Below the pieces are notes generated by a model. The model did not search any database. It was not told the DNA's origin and saw nothing but the letters and a program-made list of their open reading frames with translations. From Bacteroidota bacterium (GTDB lineage Bacteria > Bacteroidota > Bacteroidia > Bacteroidales > FEN-979): 64,000 bases of DNA. Of the stretch, positions 48,801-57,168 are shown piece by piece (position 1 is the stretch's first letter; every line of letters starts with the position of its first letter). The position numbers and the translations under genes are program-made. The stretch is taken from assembly GCA_037134895.1 (NCBI GenBank), contig JBAXLI010000003.1:43937-107936 (forward strand), written 5' to 3'.

Positions 48801-50933
48801 AATACCATCACTGTCGACTGGAATGCCGCCGGCAACCAGCAACTTTCGGTCACCTATTCAAATGAAAAAGGCTGCCAGGCCTTGCAACCTGTGCTGCAGT
48901 CGGTCAGAATTCATCCTCTGCCTGTTCCTTGGATCAGCGGTCTGTCAAACTCCTGTGTAAACTCTTCCAATCAGATTTACCATACGCAAAGCGGTAAGTC
49001 AAACTATTTCTGGACGATAAGCAGCGGGGGTGTGATCGATTACGGACAAAACACCGACTCGGTGAGGGTAAACTGGGTTTCGACCGGATTGCAGCACCTC
49101 ACTGTAAACTATCTTGATTCGAATAACTGCATGGCTGTTCAGCCTGCGTCATTTGCCGTAAATGTTCATCCCGTCCCGTTGCCCACGATCAGCGGATCAT
49201 CTTCGGTATGCCAGGGGGCGGCAGGGATTACCTACACCACCCAAAGCGGGATGGGTAATTACCTCTGGACCATCTCCCCGGGGGGAATCATACAGTCAGG
49301 GACCGGCACGCAAGCAATTACAGTTAGATGGGATTCTGCCGGTTCACAAACTGTCACTGTGAACTATACAAACTCATCAGGCTGCTTTGCCCTGGCGGCT
49401 ACCGAGAAAAATGTCATGGTACATCCTTTGCCCGTTCCAACAATCAACGGGCCCGACAGTCTTTGTATGAATGAGACCGGAACATATACTACCGAAACCG
49501 GAATGGGAAATTACCAATGGGTGATCTCCCCCGGGGGTAGTATAGTAACGGGGATGGGAACCAATACAATTAACGTTACCTGGACATCTTCAGGCCCTCG
49601 TACGATTTCGGTTAGTTATCTCAGTGTGAATAACTGCCTCCCCTATACTCCCACTGTGTTTCATGTAAATGTGTTCCCCCTTCCTGTTCCGCAGATCATT
49701 GGAAATACCACAGTATGTGCTAACTCTTCGAATGTGCCTTACAAAACAGAAAGCGGAATGAGTAATTATTTGTGGACTCTCACTGGGTCAGGTGCGATTA
49801 CATCAGGACAAAACACCGACTCCATTACAACCGTCTGGGGGAACCCCGGGACTTCAACACTTACGGTGACCTACGCCTCCACCAAGGGATGTAATCCGGT
49901 CACCCCTGCCATTGTTACAGTTATACCCCTTCTGAGGCCGGTACCTATGATCAACGGGAATAATTCTGTCTGCATTAATTCAGGAACCAAAGATTATTCT
50001 ACCCAAACTGGTCAGTTGGATTATATTTGGGTAATCTCAGCAGGAGATTCAATTCTTTCGGGCGGCAGCACATCCTCTGTGACCGTTCAATGGAATAATT
50101 CCGGTTCCCGGTGGATATCAGCAACATACACCTCTCCCTCCGGTTGCCCCGCTTTATCACCTGATACGATGATTGTTAGTGTTAATCCCCTGCCTCTGCC
50201 CGCTTCATCCGTTTCAGGTCCTTTCTTGCTTTGCGTTCCGGCGTTCTGGCAGGAATATTCTGTATCTCCTATCACCAACGCATCGGGTTATTTCTGGACT
50301 TTACCTGCCGGTTCTATTTTCCAGGGCAGTCCCAACAGCAATGTCATTCATGTGGGGTATCTGGAGAATGTTCAATCAGACAGTGTTACAGTTTACGGGA
50401 CAAATGCCTGCGGTAACGGAACGCCTTCCAGCCTGTTTGTGACTCTGAATCCAATCCCACCCCAGCCAACAATAACTCCAGGACAGAACGATACAATCAA
50501 ATCCAGCTCACCGTATGGCAACCAATGGTATCTCAATGACCAGCTGTTGCCGGGTGACACCCTTGACCATCTCTATGTTTCATTGAGCGGGGACTATTAT
50601 ATAATAGTGCGGATGAATGGCTGTGTTTCTGACACTTCCGAAGTGTATCATGGTATTGCGGTCGGCACACTGGCCATCAAAGGCTTAAGCATCGAGGTTC
50701 ATCCGAATCCGACAAACGGCAGGCTTATCCTGGACTTCAGTAGTCCGGTAGAAAATTTTTATACGGTGATTTTTTTTAATGAACTCGGGATGACGATTTG
50801 CCGGTCTGAAAAGCTTATTCCTGCCGGAAAATCAAGCTGGTTCATCGATCTGGGCAATATTTCTCCGGGCCTCGTGATTCTGACAATACAGTCCGCCGAA
50901 GGAATCATCAGAAAAAGAATAATCATAATTTAG
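45831..50933 (+). CDS. Large T9SS-secreted protein: polysaccharide-deacetylase-like domain, cohesin-like domain, 11 Cys-pair Ig/PKD-like repeats, type A CTD
   Basis: Signal peptide from ATG 45831. FSMGEDDG/WSIQNHG/FTH NodB-like motifs; IPLEVDSFLNVKSFNLRLEYSP cohesin-like; repeated P.I.G...C....Y.T..GM..Y.W....GG.I.SG; C-terminal VHPNPTNG...KRIIII. Confidence 0.85.
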   Translation: MKRSLFFCVFLALFSLCNSSKAQGVDSLQNIHVIVTFASPPAVYNVAKAPLRFNKLFAFSMGEDDGTKDIYTNAFPLFNGGVINGVGYPGLKYTDGCGNDQNFKLSAAIFSLYAQGSILVDMHDPSGQYASTIVTWPQLIELYEQNWSIQNHGLTSGNVGTMGYQVARNGSYVKLMMQPATAGGPDLKTFVNPNGIEAYSSFAWAQGYTICFREGYAFGNPGFNVSGPFPHQNIGMHRANGYEAVSLSAIADNLANTSVGGAHQWGAAFTHSITNSSFGYAFSTFQNQMTYIANTYGKNGLDNILMTTEEEVIDYLMVRDSINVNTQLNGNVLTISFTGNLTNKYRFYNSTLLISANQNITSIATQGVQSNSYNGIGSTNGMVNISWNGHYVVPPEVNAEAWVSKTETSQSQEDANVAMDYILMVPPGPVQKAFRIRLCLVPGLTLPSDFCTYHNAPVTSIPDKGGCPGHPLVIPLEVDSFLNVKSFNLRLEYSPAVMAFVSGAAGKPSILSGILITDQAVGGISPLRKILISWTGAAAQSLNIHDTLALLTFNYLSGNTPLTFNTASNGGADCRYSDDGGNPMYQYPIGDYFIGSQVTNSKLAAPATISGPSPLCAGTPNNTYIISPVTGATSYAWNFPVGFTVNNGSANDTVVATAGPNAVTGNITVRAVNICIDNPLSPPFTVTVKPRPVPTLNGVDSACMMDQGVVYTTEAGMTDYTWSVSYGGTITSGMNTNTVAVTWTAAGQQTISVIYRGTNGCLAPLPTIKNVTVNPLPIPAISGADTLCRNALSTYTAPSGMQSYQWLLSPSGVILSGTSSSAVTVKWNNPGQQWISLNCTNSSGCQPPSPTVYNVFVRPVAQPVISGPDSLCAEVSDIVYTTQPGMNAYSWSVTTGGTITSGSGTASATVHWTSPGMQQIHVNYILPGGCQSPAPFILPVRVFARPQPHIMGPDSLCNGSTGTVYNTESGMNNYQWTITPGGTITSGSSLNTITVDWNAAGNQQLSVTYSNEKGCQALQPVLQSVRIHPLPVPWISGLSNSCVNSSNQIYHTQSGKSNYFWTISSGGVIDYGQNTDSVRVNWVSTGLQHLTVNYLDSNNCMAVQPASFAVNVHPVPLPTISGSSSVCQGAAGITYTTQSGMGNYLWTISPGGIIQSGTGTQAITVRWDSAGSQTVTVNYTNSSGCFALAATEKNVMVHPLPVPTINGPDSLCMNETGTYTTETGMGNYQWVISPGGSIVTGMGTNTINVTWTSSGPRTISVSYLSVNNCLPYTPTVFHVNVFPLPVPQIIGNTTVCANSSNVPYKTESGMSNYLWTLTGSGAITSGQNTDSITTVWGNPGTSTLTVTYASTKGCNPVTPAIVTVIPLLRPVPMINGNNSVCINSGTKDYSTQTGQLDYIWVISAGDSILSGGSTSSVTVQWNNSGSRWISATYTSPSGCPALSPDTMIVSVNPLPLPASSVSGPFLLCVPAFWQEYSVSPITNASGYFWTLPAGSIFQGSPNSNVIHVGYLENVQSDSVTVYGTNACGNGTPSSLFVTLNPIPPQPTITPGQNDTIKSSSPYGNQWYLNDQLLPGDTLDHLYVSLSGDYYIIVRMNGCVSDTSEVYHGIAVGTLAIKGLSIEVHPNPTNGRLILDFSSPVENFYTVIFFNELGMTICRSEKLIPAGKSSWFIDLGNISPGLVILTIQSAEGIIRKRIIII
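47640..50450 (+). repeat. Intragenic array of 11 ~86-aa Ig/PKD-like repeats (9 of one subtype flanked by 2 of another)
   Basis: Counted in the translation; each unit has two Cys and conserved Y.W and V.W; nucleotide sequence is diverged. Boundaries approximate. Confidence 0.8.
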
Positions 50934-51041
50934 TGGAATTCTTTTTTTTAATACTTAAATTTGGCAATCATCTGACCAAACCCTGTAAAGCGAAATTTTC
51001 AAACCACTGATAAAAATCTAACGAAAAGTCTGATAAAAGCT

Positions 51042-52667
51042 ATGGAACAAACACCTGTAAATTCATTTCTGGCAGGCGATTTTTACATCGCTGAAGCGCC
51101 GGGCGCCGATAAAAACAATTCAGGATCACTGCCTGTGCTGATATTACAAACACTTGAAAATGAAGAAGAATTGCTTGTGCTGCCCGGACAAGCGCCAGGG
51201 CATACACCGGCCGAAAAATATATGATTGAGATCCGGTCTACTGATATTGAAGACGGGTCCTTTTCGGAGAGATTGTTGTTCCCTGTTTCTAAACAGATGC
51301 GGATCAGGGTCGCTTCACTCAACAGGAAGATCGGCAGGATAAACAGGAAAAAAATTGATGAAATGCAGCGTACGGTCGTGCATTTCCATACGGATGGATT
51401 TTACAGGCAGAAGTTCTCTCCCCAGGAATTCATTCCCGGAAAATCAAAAGTTAACTATGCAGGAAGGGTTTTTAATCAGAATGAGCTGATCAATGCGGTG
51501 GATGCTTCACTTGACTTCTGGTTGACCGAAGGGAGGTTTTCGGAACAGTTTGCCGAAAAGATCGCCGATTTTCTTGGTGTTGAGAATGTGTTGCTTACAA
51601 ACTCCGGTTCATCTGCAAACTTATTGGCTTTTTCTGCCCTTACGTCAGAAAAACTGGGAGAAAAAAGGTTGAAACCAGGTGATGAGGTTATTTCTGTGGC
51701 TGCAGGTTTTCCTGCTACTGTAACTCCTATTATCCAATATGGTCTTATCCCCGTATTTGTCGACGTAAGCATTCCTACCTACAACATTGATGTTGAGTCA
51801 ATGAGGAAGGCCATTACTCCAAAGACAAGGTGCATTTTCATTGCTCACACCCTGGGGAATCCGTTTGATATTGACACGGTGATGGAAGTGGCGAGGGAAC
51901 ATGACCTTTGGGTTATCGAGGACAACTGCGATGCCTTTGGAAGCAAATACGACGGAAAGTATACCGGTACTTTCGGACATCTTTCAACAATCTCATTTTA
52001 TCCTGCACATCATATTACCACCGGAGAAGGGGGCGCCATCATCACAAATGATGCATTGCTGGCCCAGCTCGTGAGGGCATTCCGTGACTGGGGAAGAGAT
52101 TGTTATTGTTCGGGAGGTGAAAATAACACCTGCGGCAAACGATTCACACAAACTTTTGGCAACCTTCCATTAGGGTATGACCATAAATATGTTTATTCAG
52201 AGATTGGGTACAACCTTAAAATGACGGATATACAGGCAGCTATCGGTTCTGCCCAAATTGATAAACTACCTTCCTTCTGCGAAAAACGTAAAAACAATTT
52301 CAAACGTCTTCATGGGATCTTCGGCGCCTATCCTGATTGTTTCATTCTGCCGGAGGCTTCCCCCAAATCAGATCCCGCCTGGTTCAGTTTTATTGTCACC
52401 TTAAAACAGGATTGTCCCTTCAAACGCGACGATCTCAGCAAGTTTCTGAATATGAATCTGATAGAAACCAGGAACCTCTTTGCAGGCAATATGATCAAAC
52501 AACCCGGTTTCATGAACCGGAATTTCAGGGTAGCCGATACCCTGGCAAATACGGATTATATCCTGAACAATACGTTTTTCCTTGGAACCTATCCCGGCCT
52601 GACCGAAAGCATGATGAACCATATCGAAAACACCCTAAAGCTTTTCATCTCCCAAAGAGAAAAATAA
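51042..52667 (+). CDS. rfbH: CDP-4-keto-6-deoxyglucose 3-dehydrase E1 (DdhC) with ~115-aa N-terminal extra domain
   Basis: NSGSSANL, AHTLGNPF, EDNCDA, SFYPAHHITTGEGG (His at the PMP site), RDWGRDCYC..GENNTCG, GYDHKY; -7 box TAAATTTG at 50956-50963. Confidence 0.93.
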   Translation: MEQTPVNSFLAGDFYIAEAPGADKNNSGSLPVLILQTLENEEELLVLPGQAPGHTPAEKYMIEIRSTDIEDGSFSERLLFPVSKQMRIRVASLNRKIGRINRKKIDEMQRTVVHFHTDGFYRQKFSPQEFIPGKSKVNYAGRVFNQNELINAVDASLDFWLTEGRFSEQFAEKIADFLGVENVLLTNSGSSANLLAFSALTSEKLGEKRLKPGDEVISVAAGFPATVTPIIQYGLIPVFVDVSIPTYNIDVESMRKAITPKTRCIFIAHTLGNPFDIDTVMEVAREHDLWVIEDNCDAFGSKYDGKYTGTFGHLSTISFYPAHHITTGEGGAIITNDALLAQLVRAFRDWGRDCYCSGGENNTCGKRFTQTFGNLPLGYDHKYVYSEIGYNLKMTDIQAAIGSAQIDKLPSFCEKRKNNFKRLHGIFGAYPDCFILPEASPKSDPAWFSFIVTLKQDCPFKRDDLSKFLNMNLIETRNLFAGNMIKQPGFMNRNFRVADTLANTDYILNNTFFLGTYPGLTESMMNHIENTLKLFISQREK

Positions 52668-53357
52668 ATGGCATTAGTTAAAAAGTACCCCTCTCTGGTC
52701 ACCGGGTTTGTCAACAAAGGCGAAAACCTTTATGCCGTTGAGTTTAAATCGGAATGCGGAGTGTACAAATATTCACCCGGACAATTCCTGCATCTTGCCT
52801 TGGATGAATATGACCCCAGTGCGCAATGGCCTGAATCCCGTTGTTTTAGCATGCAATCGGCTCCAAGCGACGAAACCATTAAAATCACATTTTCGGTTAA
52901 AGGGGTTTTCACGAACCGTATGAAGAATGAATTATTTACCGGCAAGAAAGTCACCCTGAAACTACCGTTCGGCAACTTGTTTGAGCAGAAACATAGTAAA
53001 ACAAACACTGTATTTATTGCCGGAGGAACAGGCCTCACCCCTTTTCTCTCCCTTTTTACAAACACCACCTTTGGCAATTATATAAATCCTGTTCTTTATG
53101 CCGGATTTCGCAACCGAGCACTGAATATTTACAATGATGAACTCGAATCGGCAAAGATCATCAACCCCTCATTCAGACCCATGATACAATATGAAGATGA
53201 AGCAGGGATGCTCGACATTAAAATAATTCTGGCTGAAAACCCTGAAAACCCTGCCTTTTTCATCTCGGGACCGCCTCTGATGATTAAGTTTTTTAAAACT
53301 TATCTACTGGATCAGGGAGCGAATGAATCGAATGTGTTGAACGATAACTGGGAATAA
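52668..53357 (+). CDS. FNR-family FAD/NAD(P)H oxidoreductase, probable E3 (DdhD-like) reductase lacking a ferredoxin domain
   Basis: PGQFLHL, RCFSMQS (RxYS-like), AGGTGLTPF, SGPPLMI; directly abuts rfbH. Confidence 0.75.
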   Translation: MALVKKYPSLVTGFVNKGENLYAVEFKSECGVYKYSPGQFLHLALDEYDPSAQWPESRCFSMQSAPSDETIKITFSVKGVFTNRMKNELFTGKKVTLKLPFGNLFEQKHSKTNTVFIAGGTGLTPFLSLFTNTTFGNYINPVLYAGFRNRALNIYNDELESAKIINPSFRPMIQYEDEAGMLDIKIILAENPENPAFFISGPPLMIKFFKTYLLDQGANESNVLNDNWE

Positions 53358-53358
53358 T

Positions 53359-53895
53359 ATGAAAATTGAAGAAACAACGATCGAAGGCTTAAAACTTATC
53401 CGCCTCAACAGGTTTGAAGATATACGCGGAAGCTTTGTCAAACCGTTCAATGCTGAATTCTTTGAATCAAATTCGTTGGAAACAAACCTGAGGGAATGCT
53501 ATTTCTCCCTCTCCCATTCGAATGTGATCAGGGGAATGCATTTTCAGCTGCCACCATTTGAGCATACCAAACTTGTGTTTGTGAACAACGGATCAATTCT
53601 GGATGTGGTCTTAGACATCCGCAAAGATTCAAAAACATTTGGTAAATATTTCTCTGTCCAAATAACGGAAGATGACCCTATCTTAGTGTATATTCCAATA
53701 GGTTGTGCGCACGGTTTTTTGAGCCTCGAAAATTCCACTATTGTATCATATATGCAAACTACGGTGTATAAAAAGGATTGCGATGTAGGCATACATTATG
53801 ATTCGTTCGGTATGGACTGGAAGGTTAGAAATCCTATAATTTCTGACCGGGATAAGTCGTTTGTAAATTTTACTGATTTTATTTCGCCATTTTAA
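53359..53895 (+). CDS. dTDP-4-dehydrorhamnose 3,5-epimerase-family (RmlC/AscE-like) protein
   Basis: FEDIRGSF, RGMHFQ, DVVLDIRKDSKTFG, YIPIGCAHGF, IISDRD. Confidence 0.88.
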   Translation: MKIEETTIEGLKLIRLNRFEDIRGSFVKPFNAEFFESNSLETNLRECYFSLSHSNVIRGMHFQLPPFEHTKLVFVNNGSILDVVLDIRKDSKTFGKYFSVQITEDDPILVYIPIGCAHGFLSLENSTIVSYMQTTVYKKDCDVGIHYDSFGMDWKVRNPIISDRDKSFVNFTDFISPF

Positions 53896-54870
53896 ACTAC
53901 TCTATATATCAAGAACCGCGATATAGTGATTTTTTCCCTGAGCCGGCATGATGAGCAGGGAGGATTAAACTGTTTCAGCATTGCAAAGGAGTTTGCAAAA
54001 AACAACAGGGTGATCTTTATCGATCATCCATATACTATTAAAGATTTTGTTCTGAATGATATCAAAGGAGATGTAAGATGGAGATTAAAACATTTTATCC
54101 CTTTTCGCTGCGGCATTTCCAAATACAGAGGAGACGAAGCCAGTTTATATATTCTGTCACTCCCTCCTGTCATACCTATTAATTACCTTGAACCAGGTGG
54201 GCTTTACAATGCTCTGCAAGGAATAAATACAACGATCATCGGAAAGCGGATAGCGGGGGCTATAAAAAAACTTTCTTTAAAAAATATAATTTACATCAAT
54301 GCATTCAACTTTTATTACCCCGACCTTAAAAAGTATATTAAGCCTTCACTCTATATTTATTACTGCATTGATATAATGATCAAACCATATTCGCTCAGGC
54401 ATGGTCCCAGGCTAGAAAATCAATTATTAAAAGAAGTAGATGTTGTAATCACAACCGCTCCGAAACTTCAGCAAGCAAAAAAGGTAATTAATCCAAATAG
54501 TTACCTGGTTACAAATGCTGCTGATTTTAATCTTTCAAGCAAAGCCCTTTCTCCATCAACATCAGTCGCTTCTGAACTTAAAGAGTTTCCAAAGCCCATC
54601 ATTGGGTATTTGGGGAGTATAGAACGCCGAATTGATTATATCCTTATTGGATCTGTTGCAAGAAAAAATAAGGAATGGACATTTGTTTTGGTAGGCCCTC
54701 TTGAGTGCAAGTACATTCCTGATGAACTTTTTACAATCCCAAACATTATTTTTATTAAACAACAACCCTATCATGTCAAATTGCACGAGAATTGACCCAG
54801 GGATTTGCAACAAAATTGACCCACCCACAAAAGTAAGATTAACTTGCTTCGGTGACCAAAACCGGAGCTT

Positions 54871-56310
54871 ATGTACAGAGTGGGTATGTATAACACGATC
54901 AAAACACATTTAGAACTTGGACACTCCATACGGAGTACGTCTAAATTATTGGCTATCAGTCGGAACACGGTTCGAACGATTGCCCGACAATTAGAAACAG
55001 GACAAGAAGTTCCAAAGAATCTAACGCGCAAGAAAAAACTCCAGGATTATCAATCTGAGATTGTTACGATGATGAATAAAGGAAAATCATCGGTTTTAAT
55101 CCATGAACACCTGGTGGATCGATATCAATTGGCAGTGGATTATACGACGGTCTCCCGATTTGTTACTGAGATGAAAGGAACAGAAGTATTTGTTCCGGTG
55201 CTAACACCGCCTGGGCAGGAAGCCCAGGTTGATTTTGGATATATCGGTCGATTCATGAAAGACGGAAAGAGAGTCAAAGTCTGGGCGTTCTGCATGGTTT
55301 TAAGTTATAGCCGGTATAGTTTTTACTGCCTGGTGACCAACCAAAGCGTTGAAAGTTTTATTCGTTGTCATTGGCTGGCCTTTGAATATTTTTGCGGTGT
55401 GACCCTGGTTGTTCGCCTTGATAACCTTAAAGCAGGTGTTATAACACCCGACTTTTTTGAACCGGTTTACCAGGAAGAATATGCCCGGTTTTTGGATCAT
55501 TATAGCAGCCATCCTATCGCCTGCCGACCTCACACTCCTCAACATAAGGGTAAAGTAGAACGGGGTATCGGTTATTTGAAAGAGAATTTTGTTAAACGCT
55601 ATATCGACCATGATCTTGATTATCATGCGATGGAACAAAAGCTTGCAGTATGGCTTGAGAGTGTTTGTAATGCACGAAAGCATGGGACCACACGAAAGGT
55701 CCCAGCCGAAGTGTTTCAACAGGAAGAACGATCGGTATTACAATCTTTGCCTGCATTGCGCTATGAGTATCCTGTGATTGAACAACGAAAAGTCGATTCG
55801 TACGGGCATGTTCACTATGGGTATAACTTTTACTCCGTACCGGATTATTTATCCGGAGAGCAGCTCACCGTCAAAGTCACCGGGAACATTCTTCGGGTGT
55901 ACCAGGGACAGCTTGAAATTACCTGCCATGCCGTGGTCCATGGCCAGGGAATCTATGTTACCAAAAAGGAACACCAGCCTTCCTATAAAACCAAGAAAGA
56001 TCTTCATTGGTATGAAGAGAAGGCGACTGAAATGGGGCATGATGTAACCGCATTTATGGAGCTAGCCCGGCAGTATCGTCCATTGCATTGGTATGATTAC
56101 ATGAAAGGGGTGATCAGTCTGAGCAAAGTATACTCTCATCAGGAAATCAACCAAGCTTGTAAACGGGCTGTAACGTATAACAACATCAGTTATCAGACGG
56201 TAAAAAATATCCTCGATAAGAAACTGCATGTTGAAGATCAAGAGGTTTTATCCCCTGTGGCCTTTGGTGGTTGGGGACATGAGTTGTCCATGTATGATCA
56301 AATCCTCTAG
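54871..56310 (+). CDS. istA: IS21-family transposase IstA
   Basis: N-terminal HTH (SIRSTSKLLAISRNTVR), PGQEAQVDFG, DNLKAGV, KGKVERG (DDE), YSVP. Confidence 0.95.
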   Translation: MYRVGMYNTIKTHLELGHSIRSTSKLLAISRNTVRTIARQLETGQEVPKNLTRKKKLQDYQSEIVTMMNKGKSSVLIHEHLVDRYQLAVDYTTVSRFVTEMKGTEVFVPVLTPPGQEAQVDFGYIGRFMKDGKRVKVWAFCMVLSYSRYSFYCLVTNQSVESFIRCHWLAFEYFCGVTLVVRLDNLKAGVITPDFFEPVYQEEYARFLDHYSSHPIACRPHTPQHKGKVERGIGYLKENFVKRYIDHDLDYHAMEQKLAVWLESVCNARKHGTTRKVPAEVFQQEERSVLQSLPALRYEYPVIEQRKVDSYGHVHYGYNFYSVPDYLSGEQLTVKVTGNILRVYQGQLEITCHAVVHGQGIYVTKKEHQPSYKTKKDLHWYEEKATEMGHDVTAFMELARQYRPLHWYDYMKGVISLSKVYSHQEINQACKRAVTYNNISYQTVKNILDKKLHVEDQEVLSPVAFGGWGHELSMYDQIL

Positions 56311-56313
56311 ACC

Positions 56314-57072
56314 ATGGAAGCAGTAAGAGAAAAACTGAAGATCTTACGTCTGAGTGGTGCCAGTGCATCGCTTGAGAGCCGTAACCGGTATGCTCTGGAT
56401 AACAAGTGTAGCTATCTGGAGTTTTTGGAGATGCTCCTGGAAGATGAATGTGTTCGCCGTAAGAGCAATGGGTTCGAACGAAAATTGAAAGCATCCCGCC
56501 TGGATCCATCAAAAACATTGGAAGCGTTCGACTTCCGTTTTCAACCCGATATCGATAAACGACAGATCCAGGAACTGGCTTCCTGTAGGTTTATTAACGA
56601 TAGACAAAACGTTATTTTTATGGGTAAGCCCGGTGTAGGAAAAACTCATCTGGCCAATGCTATTGGACTCAGCGCCCTGCATCAAGGCCAAGAAGTAATG
56701 CTGGTTCATGCCAATACCCTAATTGATGATTTATATCGCTACAAGGCTGATGGAAGATACCAGGCAGCACTGAGAAAATATAAACGGCTGGATCTTCTGA
56801 TCATCGATGAGCTTGGATTTAAACGAATCCCACGCAATGGCCTGGATGACTTCTTTGATGTCATCCGTAGCCGTTATGAAACCGGTTCTATCATCATTAC
56901 CACCAACCGGACTTTTGAAGACTGGGGGAGTTTGTTTGAAGACCCTGTCATGGCTTCTGCAATTATCGACAGACTCATTCATCATGCTCAGATCATAAAA
57001 ATCGCCGGAAACAGTTACCGGATAAAAAAAAGAAGCGAACTAACAGAAAGTGAAACAACAAGATCAAAATAG
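56314..57072 (+). CDS. istB: IS21-family AAA+ helper ATPase IstB
   Basis: GKPGVGKTHLA Walker A, LLIIDELG Walker B, TTNR, AIIDRLIHH, GNSYR. Confidence 0.96.
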   Translation: MEAVREKLKILRLSGASASLESRNRYALDNKCSYLEFLEMLLEDECVRRKSNGFERKLKASRLDPSKTLEAFDFRFQPDIDKRQIQELASCRFINDRQNVIFMGKPGVGKTHLANAIGLSALHQGQEVMLVHANTLIDDLYRYKADGRYQAALRKYKRLDLLIIDELGFKRIPRNGLDDFFDVIRSRYETGSIIITTNRTFEDWGSLFEDPVMASAIIDRLIHHAQIIKIAGNSYRIKKRSELTESETTRSK

Positions 57073-57136
57073 GTGGGTCAGTTTTATTGCAACTTGCAAT
57101 ACTATTGACCCGGGTGAACAACGAATGAAGGTATTT

Positions 57137-57168
57137 TTTGTTTCTGGCGGCATGCCGCCAGAAACAAA
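57137..57168. repeat. Perfect 32-bp palindrome inside the IS right end (possible terminator hairpin)
   Basis: TTTGTTTCTGGCGGCA|TGCCGCCAGAAACAAA. Confidence 0.85.

Noticed and set aside
47640-50450. Periodic ~258-bp pattern considered as a CRISPR-like or DGR repeat array
   Set aside because: Repeats are in-frame protein domains, diverged at the nucleotide level. There are no identical repeats with unique spacers and no cas or reverse transcriptase genes.
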